DNA of 64,000 bases from NCBI GenBank assembly GCA_902608115.1, contig CACLMT010000006.1:3361-67360 (forward strand), given 5' to 3'. The notes below the pieces were generated by a model, which was not told the origin of the DNA, searched no databases, and saw nothing but the letters and a program-made list of their open reading frames with translations. The DNA is from an uncultured SAR86 cluster bacterium (GTDB lineage: Bacteria; Pseudomonadota; Gammaproteobacteria; Magnimaribacterales; D2472). This document shows, piece after piece, positions 31,779-39,695 of this stretch; position 1 is the stretch's first letter, and each line of letters starts with the position of its first letter. The position numbers and the translations under genes were made by a program.

Positions 31779-32963
31779 ATGGAAAACCTAGAATTATTTA
31801 AAAAAGAAGTTAGAGAATGGTTAGAAGAAAATTGCCCGCCAAGTATAAGAACACCTCTAGTTCCTGAGGAAGAAGTATGGGGCGGAAGAAATGCAGAGTA
31901 TATTAACCCGGAATCTAAACTATGGCTTGATAGAATGGGTGAAAAAGGTTGGACTGCTCCACAGCTTCCCAAAGAATATGGTGGAGGTGGCCTAAATAGA
32001 GATGAAACTAAAGTTTTACACCAAGAATTATTTAGAATTAAAGCTCGTCCAGCTCTAAATAGCTTTGGAATATGGATGTTAGCCCCATGTATTATAGAAT
32101 TTGGAAATGAAGAACAAAAACGTGAACATCTTCCTAAAATTATTAAAGGTGAAATTAGATGGTGTCAAGGATACTCAGAACCGGGCTCTGGCTCTGATTT
32201 AGCTAGCCTTTCAACCAAAGCTGAAGATAAAGGTGAGAATTTTCTAGTAAATGGTCAAAAAGTTTGGACTTCATATGCTGATAAAGCAGATTGGATTTTT
32301 GCTTTAGTGAGGACAGGACCAAAAGAACCAAAACATAATGGAATTAGCTTTCTTCTAATTGATATGGCTACAAAGGGTGTTAGCACTAAACCTATAGCCT
32401 TAATTAGCGGTAAATCTCCATTCTGCGAAACATTCTTCGATAATGTAGAGGTACCTAAAAAGAATTTAGTAGGAGCTGAAAACTCTGGTTGGACAATTGC
32501 AAAAAAATTACTTCAACATGAAAGAAACTTCATTTCTAATTTTGGTCTAACCGGTGGAGAAACTAGTTCAGGCGCTGACGTTGTAAATATTGCTAAAAAA
32601 TATTTAGGGGAAGACAATGGGAAAATTGCCCATCCTGCTCATAGAGATAGTATTACCGAACATAAAATGAAAGAACATGCCTTTGGATTAACGCTTCAAA
32701 GAGCGGGCGATGAAGGCGGAAAAGCATCAGCCACCTCATCCATGTTTAAATATTATGGAACGGAGCATAATAAAAATCGATATGAACTTATGATAGCTTC
32801 AATGGGGAATAAAGGATTAGGTTGGACAAATGAAGGCTTCTCAGATGATGAGCAAGCAATCACAAAAGCTTGGCTTAGAACAAAAGCAAACTCAATTGAA
32901 GGTGGGACATCTGAAGTGCAATTAAATGTAATTTCTAGACGTGTTTTAGATCTACCAAACTAG
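31779..32963 (+). CDS. acyl-CoA dehydrogenase family protein (first gene of tandem pair 1)
   Basis: WCQGYSEPGSGSDLASL and C-terminal SIEGGTSEVQ (canonical catalytic-Glu position occupied). I prefer the ATG at 31779 over the TTG at 31758. Confidence 0.88.
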   Translation: MENLELFKKEVREWLEENCPPSIRTPLVPEEEVWGGRNAEYINPESKLWLDRMGEKGWTAPQLPKEYGGGGLNRDETKVLHQELFRIKARPALNSFGIWMLAPCIIEFGNEEQKREHLPKIIKGEIRWCQGYSEPGSGSDLASLSTKAEDKGENFLVNGQKVWTSYADKADWIFALVRTGPKEPKHNGISFLLIDMATKGVSTKPIALISGKSPFCETFFDNVEVPKKNLVGAENSGWTIAKKLLQHERNFISNFGLTGGETSSGADVVNIAKKYLGEDNGKIAHPAHRDSITEHKMKEHAFGLTLQRAGDEGGKASATSSMFKYYGTEHNKNRYELMIASMGNKGLGWTNEGFSDDEQAITKAWLRTKANSIEGGTSEVQLNVISRRVLDLPN

Positions 32964-32971
32964 GGACAAAG

Positions 32972-34111
32972 ATGAAACTAATACTCTCAGAAGAACAACA
33001 ATTTTTAAAAAATACCGCTCAAAATTTTGCAAAAGAAAAAACTCCTGTAAAGCATTTTAGAGAATTACGAGATAACAAAGAGGCTCTATGCTGGGATAGT
33101 AATATTTGGAAAGAAATGGTAGAGCTTGGTTGGTCAGGAATCTTAATACCTGAAGACTTTGGTGGGTCTGACTTTGGTATTGGTGGTATTAGTGTAATCA
33201 TGCAAGAACTTGGAAAGACTCTAACCCCCTCCCCATTACTAGCAACCTCTGTATTAGGAGCATCAACTATATCTATGCTTGGAAATAAGGACCATAAAAG
33301 TGAATATCTACCGAAAATTGTCTCTGGTAAAATTACTACCGCATTAGCCATAGATGAAGGTAGCCACCACAACCCTTTTAATGTTGAAACATCAGCAAAA
33401 CTTGAAGGAGATAAGTGGGTTTTAAATGGAAAAAAGGTCTTTGTTGTTGATGGAGCAAGCGCAGATATCATTTTGATAGTAGCTCGCACTTCTGGAAAAA
33501 ATGGTGACTCAAATGGATTATCAGTCTTTATTACCAATAAAAATTCAAAGGGTCTAGACATATCAAAAATTTCAACAGCAGATTCAAGAAACTATGCAAA
33601 TATTGATATCTCAAACCTTAAATTAGACCAAAGTTCATTATTAGGAGAAAAAGATACTTCTGGTGAAATCATTGAGAAAATTCTTGATCTTGGAAGAATT
33701 GCAATATCAGCTGAAATGCTAGGCAATACAGAAGAGGCGTTTGAGGTAACGGTAAACTATTTAAAAGAAAGAAAACAATTTGGGGTAACAATAGGCTCTT
33801 TTCAAGCCCTTCAGCATAGAGCTGCAAAAATGTTCTGTGAAATTGAATTAACTAGATCTGCTGTACTCGCTGCCATGCATGCAGCTGATGAAAATTCTAA
33901 TGAACTTGAGCGACTAGCCAGTCTTGCAAAATTCCAATCCGGCGAAACCTTACATCTTGTAAGCAATGAGGCAATACAAATGCACGGCGGAATAGGCGTT
34001 ACTGATGAACATGATATCGGCTTTTATTTAAAAAGAGCTAGGGTTGCTGAGCAACTTTTTGGAACTTGCGAATATCATCAAGAAAGGTACGCAAATATAA
34101 GCGGTTTCTGA
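32972..34111 (+). CDS. acyl-CoA dehydrogenase family protein (second gene of tandem pair 1)
   Basis: ACAD fold (FGVTIGSFQALQHRAA, QMHGGIGVTDE). The canonical Glu position reads LFGTCEYH, so there is no Glu. 8-nt spacer from the preceding ACAD. Confidence 0.85.
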   Translation: MKLILSEEQQFLKNTAQNFAKEKTPVKHFRELRDNKEALCWDSNIWKEMVELGWSGILIPEDFGGSDFGIGGISVIMQELGKTLTPSPLLATSVLGASTISMLGNKDHKSEYLPKIVSGKITTALAIDEGSHHNPFNVETSAKLEGDKWVLNGKKVFVVDGASADIILIVARTSGKNGDSNGLSVFITNKNSKGLDISKISTADSRNYANIDISNLKLDQSSLLGEKDTSGEIIEKILDLGRIAISAEMLGNTEEAFEVTVNYLKERKQFGVTIGSFQALQHRAAKMFCEIELTRSAVLAAMHAADENSNELERLASLAKFQSGETLHLVSNEAIQMHGGIGVTDEHDIGFYLKRARVAEQLFGTCEYHQERYANISGF

Positions 34112-34112
34112 G

Positions 34113-34985
34113 ATGAAAAAATCCTTTATAGGAATCCTTACATTTCTTGCAATCTTACTTATCCTTACAATTGGTGTTCTGTATCTGTCTTTAATTAATG
34201 TGCCAAGAGTTATTCCAAGCAAAAGAATTAAAAAACTCCTTGGCCATCTTTCCAATAAAACAGGTAGCAATATAGTTAATTTAATAACGATGTCTCTAAA
34301 ACTATTACACAATTTAAAATGGGAGTTTGATATTCCGGATGATGTAGATACTAATTCTTGGTATATCGCTATAAGTAATCATCAATCTTGGGCTGATATT
34401 TTTATTCTTTTGGCTGCTGGTCATAACAAGATCCCCCTTCTAAAATTTTTTATGAAAAAAGAACTAAAGTGGATTCCTATCATTTATTTGGTACATAAAA
34501 CTGTAGACATGCCATTCCTAAACCGTCATACACAAGCACAAGTTAAATCTAACCCAGAACTCAAAAAATTGGACTATGAGAATGCAAAAAAAGCTGCAAA
34601 ACGATTTTCTAGAAATCCATCAACTGCTTTTAGCTTTGCTGAAGGAACTCGATTTACCAAAACTAAGCATAACAAGCAAGAGTCTCCATATAAAAACCTA
34701 CTAAAACCTAAAATAGGGGCATTAGCAATTGCCTTATCGGGAATGCCACAAGTCAATTCATTAGTTGACTTTACGGTTGTTTATAAATCAAATAAAAAAT
34801 CGGCATGGAATTTCCTATGTGGCGAAATGAGTCAAGCAAAAGTAAAAGCAAAAATTTATGACATCCCAGAAGATCTTAAATCAGAGGCTTTTGAGCAGGA
34901 GCAAGAATACCGCAAAAAATTTAAACTATTTATTGAAAGAGTTTGGAAAGAAAAAGATAGTGTTTTTTCTGAATTACAATTCTAA
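34113..34985 (+). CDS. lysophospholipid/glycerolipid acyltransferase family protein (YihG-like)
   Basis: N-terminal TM. HX4D motif NHQSWADIF and FAEGTR block. Starts 1 nt after the ACAD stop. Confidence 0.75.
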   Translation: MKKSFIGILTFLAILLILTIGVLYLSLINVPRVIPSKRIKKLLGHLSNKTGSNIVNLITMSLKLLHNLKWEFDIPDDVDTNSWYIAISNHQSWADIFILLAAGHNKIPLLKFFMKKELKWIPIIYLVHKTVDMPFLNRHTQAQVKSNPELKKLDYENAKKAAKRFSRNPSTAFSFAEGTRFTKTKHNKQESPYKNLLKPKIGALAIALSGMPQVNSLVDFTVVYKSNKKSAWNFLCGEMSQAKVKAKIYDIPEDLKSEAFEQEQEYRKKFKLFIERVWKEKDSVFSELQF

Positions 34986-34993
34986 TTGCTTAA

Positions 34994-36007
34994 TCATAAA
35001 TTTTTAATAGCAGCTATTAACGCACTGACCATGGTTGGATCTCCTGAAAACATTGAAGGTGCAATCCTAGTAGCTAATTTTTCATACCTTTCAAAAATTT
35101 GAGCAGAAACTTCATCTGGTGTCCCTGTAACTGCAATAGTCTCTAACATTTCATCTGAAATCAACTCAGGAATTTTTTCCCAATACCCCTGCTTAGTTAA
35201 TTTATTTAAATCGACTTGAACTCCTTCCCAGCCATGCTGTTCTAAAACAATCTTATATGCTGGTGTTGATCCATAAAAACCAATCTGTGCTTTGCATGCC
35301 TCTCTTGCTTTTGAAATATCTTCATCATTCTTTCCAGTTGCAACCATCACCCCAACAGAAATATCAAAATCTTGCTTTCCTGAAATATCTAAACCTGTTT
35401 TCAAAGATGGCATAGTGATATTTTCAAGAAAAGATGTCGTATGAAATGGATGGACAAGAAATCCATCAGCAGATTCTGATGCAGCTTGCGTCATCAAAGG
35501 GCCCACGCCAGCGACATAGATTTTAGGTAAACCAAATGGATTCTCTCCTGGATTGAAAAATGGGGTCATAAGGGTATGTTGATAAAACTCTCCCTTAAAA
35601 TTTAAATCTTCTCCATAATGCCAACAAGCCCAAATTGCTTTAATTGCTCTAACCATCTCTTTCATTCTATTAGCTGGTGAAGACCATGGCATAGAATACC
35701 GTTTTGTAATATGGGGCTTAATTTGTGAGCCAAGACCTAGAGTAAATCTCCCTTTAGACATCAATTGAAGATCATAGCCTAGGTTAGCTAAAGTCATTGG
35801 ATTTCTAGAAAATGCTACAGCAATAGAAGTCATTAAATGCAAATTGGTTGTTGCTAGAGCCGCAGCAGTAATTGGCAAGAAAGGATCATGCGGACCTTCA
35901 AATGTATAAGCCCCATCATAACCCAGAGCTTCAAGTTGCTGACTTTTTTCTGAAGCCTCAGAAGGATCACGAGTGATCATTGAACAATCTATCTTAATCT
36001 TTGACAT
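34994..36007 (-). CDS. luciferase-like (LLM-class, F420-type subgroup) oxidoreductase
   Basis: 337 aa TIM-barrel LLM-like sequence (FTLGLGSQIKPHITKRY..., GTPDEV...). The subgroup assignment is from memory of family consensus only. Confidence 0.7.
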   Translation of the reverse strand: MSKIKIDCSMITRDPSEASEKSQQLEALGYDGAYTFEGPHDPFLPITAAALATTNLHLMTSIAVAFSRNPMTLANLGYDLQLMSKGRFTLGLGSQIKPHITKRYSMPWSSPANRMKEMVRAIKAIWACWHYGEDLNFKGEFYQHTLMTPFFNPGENPFGLPKIYVAGVGPLMTQAASESADGFLVHPFHTTSFLENITMPSLKTGLDISGKQDFDISVGVMVATGKNDEDISKAREACKAQIGFYGSTPAYKIVLEQHGWEGVQVDLNKLTKQGYWEKIPELISDEMLETIAVTGTPDEVSAQIFERYEKLATRIAPSMFSGDPTMVSALIAAIKNL

Positions 36008-36169
36008 CTAACAAAATTAATACAATAAACAAATAAATAATTATGCTCGAAGAAGTTTAATTAGGCTAGATAGAAATTTAATAACTAGATCAAATTAATA
36101 AGCGATATTTCATTTTGTATATTTTGGATGATAACATTGTACGCATATTATTACCCAAGAGGATTAAAG

Positions 36170-37309
36170 ATGAATTCTAGAATATGCGAACTTTTAAATA
36201 TTGAATTTCCATTAGTTGCATTTAGTCATTGCAAAGATGTTGTTGCAGCAGTTTCTAAAGCAGGAGGAATGGGTGTGCTTGGAGCAGTAGGTATGCATCC
36301 TGAGACCTTGGAACAAGAATTAAACTGGATTGATGATCATATAGACGGTAAACCTTATGGTGTCGATGTATTAATTCCGAATAAATTTGTTGGGAAAGAA
36401 GAAGATTTAAAATCAGAAGATTGGGCTGCAATGATACCCCAAGAATACAGAGATTTTAGAGCAGATACATTAAAAAAATATGAAGTTGATGGTGAAGATC
36501 TTAGAGGGCAAACCACACAAAACTCTGGTTTTGGAAATAACATGAAAGAAGAAGGTGCACAAAAGCTTTTAGAAGTAGCTTTTTCTCATCCCATCAAACT
36601 TATAGCTAATGCATTAGGAGTTCCTCCAAAATGGATGTTAGATATGGGTAAAGAAAATAATGTAGCTGTTGCTGCATTGGTGGGTGCAAAACAACATGCG
36701 ATAAAACAAGTTGAGGCAGGAATTGATATCCTGGTTGTATCTGGCACTGAAGGTGGCGGACACGTTGGAAGTGTTTCAGGCTTGGTATTAGTACCTGAAG
36801 TTCATAAAGCCATTCAACCATATGGAGATATCCCCATTTTAGCTGCAGGTGGTATAGCAACTGGTCAACAAATGGCAGGAGTTATGGCTATGGGTGCAGC
36901 TGGAGTATGGTGTGCTTCTGTCTTTCTAACTACACCAGAAGCAGAAACCTCTCCTACCGTAAAAGAAAAAATGTTGGCAGCTTCTTCTAGTCATACCGTA
37001 AGATCTAGAAGCAGAACAGGAAAGCATTCTAGACAATTAAAATCAGCATGGACAGATGCATGGGAGGCTCCAGATGCTCCTGATCCATTACCTATGCCGC
37101 TGCAAACTATGGTTGGAGAGCCAGCTTTAGCTAAAATAGATAAGGCTGCAGAAAATGGTCACAAAGGTGCTAAACAGCTTGCAACCTATTGGGTTGGCCA
37201 AGGAATTGGGCTTGTGGACGAAACAATATCAGCTGGTCAGACTGTTCAAAAATTTAAAGAAGAATTTATTGAAGCATATGAAAGAGTGGACTCTTTTTTT
37301 GAGGATTAA
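36170..37309 (+). CDS. nitronate monooxygenase (NMO / 2-nitropropane dioxygenase-like) family protein
   Basis: FPLVAFSHC..., SGTEGGGHVG and AAGGIATGQQMAG motifs. The ATG at 36170 is preceded by AAGAGGA. The upstream ORF extension from 36128 is rejected. Confidence 0.82.
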   Translation: MNSRICELLNIEFPLVAFSHCKDVVAAVSKAGGMGVLGAVGMHPETLEQELNWIDDHIDGKPYGVDVLIPNKFVGKEEDLKSEDWAAMIPQEYRDFRADTLKKYEVDGEDLRGQTTQNSGFGNNMKEEGAQKLLEVAFSHPIKLIANALGVPPKWMLDMGKENNVAVAALVGAKQHAIKQVEAGIDILVVSGTEGGGHVGSVSGLVLVPEVHKAIQPYGDIPILAAGGIATGQQMAGVMAMGAAGVWCASVFLTTPEAETSPTVKEKMLAASSSHTVRSRSRTGKHSRQLKSAWTDAWEAPDAPDPLPMPLQTMVGEPALAKIDKAAENGHKGAKQLATYWVGQGIGLVDETISAGQTVQKFKEEFIEAYERVDSFFED

Positions 37310-37933
37310 TTATCCTTGCTGTTCATATCTTTGAGCGATAGCCTTTTTAAATCCAGGTCTTTCAAAAAGCATATCGGTCCATCGTTTAATATTAGGTTTG
37401 AATGCTTCCTCTATTTGTAATGTCTTAGCTAAATAAATTGCATAACTAACGCAAATATCAGCAATAGTAAATCTATTTGAACAGAGATACTCCCTTGATT
37501 CTAAAGATTTCTCTAGTAGCTTGAGTCTAGCAACGAACCAACGTCTATATCCTTCAGCTGCCTTATCAGCAACCCCTACTTCTTGAAGGGAATATCTTAA
37601 AACTACTGTTAGAGGAAATGTTAAAGTAGCATCTGAATGAGCCAACCAATTTAAATAATGGTGATAATCAGTTTCATTATTGCTCACCTTAAGATCTGTT
37701 GGACCATAGATATCAACTAGATATTGACACATTGCTACAGACTCAGTCATTTCAACTTCTCCATCAATTAAATATGGAATTGTCCCTAAAATATTTATAT
37801 CCATAAATTCTTTATGTAAAAATCTTGGTGGAAAAGGCATCATCTCAGATTCATATTTGAGACCCATTTCCTCAGCAGTCCACATTGGTCTTACGCCTCT
37901 AGAAGCATCGCAGCTATATATTTTGATACCCAT
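37310..37933 (-). CDS. glutathione S-transferase family protein
   Basis: 207 aa. Thioredoxin-like N-domain (GTIPYLIDGEVEMTESVAMCQYL) plus a helical C-domain. Confidence 0.8.
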   Translation of the reverse strand: MGIKIYSCDASRGVRPMWTAEEMGLKYESEMMPFPPRFLHKEFMDINILGTIPYLIDGEVEMTESVAMCQYLVDIYGPTDLKVSNNETDYHHYLNWLAHSDATLTFPLTVVLRYSLQEVGVADKAAEGYRRWFVARLKLLEKSLESREYLCSNRFTIADICVSYAIYLAKTLQIEEAFKPNIKRWTDMLFERPGFKKAIAQRYEQQG

Positions 37934-37988
37934 AGTCCTATCTTTCTTTTAAAAAACAAAAGAATTAATTATAAATAAATTCCCAAAA

Positions 37989-38016
37989 TGGTAATAATTT
38001 GTATATTATATTACCA
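37989..38016. promoter_or_regulatory. candidate operator: 8-bp perfect inverted repeat TGGTAATA-N12-TATTACCA
   Basis: Read directly from the sequence. Lies 21-48 nt upstream of the carboxylase beta-subunit ATG, in the 103-bp divergent GST/carboxylase spacer. A TetR gene is embedded in the downstream operon. Confidence 0.35.
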
Positions 38017-38036
38017 CTTAAATTTATAAAAAAGAA

Positions 38037-39695
38037 ATGTTAAAGAAAAATATTGCACCTGAAATAAAAAGCAACATTGATATCAATGCGGATGAATTTC
38101 TTTATAACAAAGATGTAATGCTAAAAAAAATAAGCTTTTTAGACGAGTTGTTAGATAAGGCTGAATTAGGTGGTGGCACCTATCACCATGAAAGGCTTGC
38201 TAAACGAGGTAAGATGCCAGTTAGAGAAAGAATATTTAATTTGCTTGATCCTGATACACCTTTCTTAGAAATATCTCCCTTTGCTGCTTTTGGTACAGAC
38301 TACACAGTGGGGGGTGGTTGCGTTGCTGGAATAGGTATCGTAGCTGGCACGGAATGTGTAATCTTTGCTAATGATCCATCGGTTTTAGCAGGCGCTATGA
38401 CAGTATATGTTGGAAAAAAATGGGATAGGGCTATGGAAATTGCTAGAGACAATCGCCTACCCTATATTAACTTTGTAGAATCAGCTGGAGGAGACCTGCG
38501 CATGGGAACAGGCAAGAAAGGCGATCAACCTCCTCTAGCACCAACTATTGGAAATACTCATTTCGCTGCAACTGGAAGATTCTTTTATGATATGACCGAA
38601 CTCTCTAAAATGAGAATACCAGTAATATCTGTTGTATTTGGATCCTCAACAGCTGGAGGAGCCTATCAACCAGGTATGTCTGATTACAATATCTTTATAA
38701 AAGACCAAGCAAAAGTATTCCTAGCTGGACCACCACTGGTAAAAATGGCAACAGGTGAAGAATCAGATGATGAAACTCTAGGTGGAGCAAAAATGCATTC
38801 TGAGATTTCAGGACTATCTGATTATCTTGCAGAAGATGAAATGGATGCATTACGTTTATGCAGAAATGTAGTTTCTCATCTACATTGGCAAAAAGAAGGC
38901 CATTCTCCAATTAAACTAACTGATGAACCTGTCTTAGCACAAGAAGATTTGCTTGGACTTGTTGATGAAGATTTAAAAAGCTCTCTTGATATACGTGAAG
39001 TCATTGGAAGAATTGTTGACGGTTCGAGATTTGAAGAATTCAAATCTCTATATGGAAAAACTATGATCTGTGGCTGGTCAATGCTTCATGGTTATCCAAT
39101 AGGAATTTTGGGTAACAATGGTCCAATTTATCCGGAAAGCTCTGAAAAAGCAGCTAGTTTTATACAACTTTGCAATAAAAGAAATATTCCATTAATTTTT
39201 TTACAGAATGTTACAGGTTTTTTAGTTGGGAAAGACTTTGAAAGACAAGCTATTATTAAAAAAGGATCTCAATTAATTAACGCGGTTTCAAACTCTAATG
39301 TCCCTCATCTTACCGTTATAATAGGAGCCTCTTTTGGTGCTGGGACCTATGCGATGTCTGGAAGAGCCTATAACAATAGATTTACTTTCTTATGGCCTAC
39401 AGCAAAAATTGCAGTAATGGGTTCAAAGCAGATTGCTGGAGTGATGTCAATTGTAAGAAGGGCTCGAGCAACCAGGAAAGGTGAAAAGTTTGATGAAAAA
39501 CTTGATGCGCAGATTGTTCAATCTGTAGAACAGGCTGCTGAGCAAATGTCTGAAGGTTTAGTGGCAAGCAGTATGCTAACAGATGATGGAATAATAGATC
39601 CAAGAGATACTAGAGATGTCTTAGGGTTTTGCTTATCAATTGTATGTAATTCACCTATCGAGGGTGCAACCGAATATGGAGTGTTTAGACTATGA
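38037..39695 (+). CDS. acyl-CoA carboxylase carboxyltransferase (beta) subunit, methylcrotonyl-/geranyl-CoA carboxylase family
   Basis: 552 aa with tandem carboxyltransferase halves (SAGGDLRMG..., GSSTAGGAY, GASFGAGTYAMSGRA). ATGA overlap with the alpha subunit. Confidence 0.9.
   Translation: MLKKNIAPEIKSNIDINADEFLYNKDVMLKKISFLDELLDKAELGGGTYHHERLAKRGKMPVRERIFNLLDPDTPFLEISPFAAFGTDYTVGGGCVAGIGIVAGTECVIFANDPSVLAGAMTVYVGKKWDRAMEIARDNRLPYINFVESAGGDLRMGTGKKGDQPPLAPTIGNTHFAATGRFFYDMTELSKMRIPVISVVFGSSTAGGAYQPGMSDYNIFIKDQAKVFLAGPPLVKMATGEESDDETLGGAKMHSEISGLSDYLAEDEMDALRLCRNVVSHLHWQKEGHSPIKLTDEPVLAQEDLLGLVDEDLKSSLDIREVIGRIVDGSRFEEFKSLYGKTMICGWSMLHGYPIGILGNNGPIYPESSEKAASFIQLCNKRNIPLIFLQNVTGFLVGKDFERQAIIKKGSQLINAVSNSNVPHLTVIIGASFGAGTYAMSGRAYNNRFTFLWPTAKIAVMGSKQIAGVMSIVRRARATRKGEKFDEKLDAQIVQSVEQAAEQMSEGLVASSMLTDDGIIDPRDTRDVLGFCLSIVCNSPIEGATEYGVFRL

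Noticed and set aside
31709-31972. 87-aa minus-strand ORF spanning the ADH/ACAD divergent spacer
   Set aside because: Most of it overlaps the 5' part of the plus-strand ACAD gene. It would leave no promoter space, and it has no motif.
33019-33561. 180-aa minus-strand ORF antisense to the second ACAD of pair 1
   Set aside because: It is embedded opposite a clearly homologous ACAD gene and has no motifs. Shadow ORF.
34028-34312. 94-aa minus-strand ORF across the ACAD/acyltransferase junction
   Set aside because: Antisense to two well-supported, translationally linked genes.
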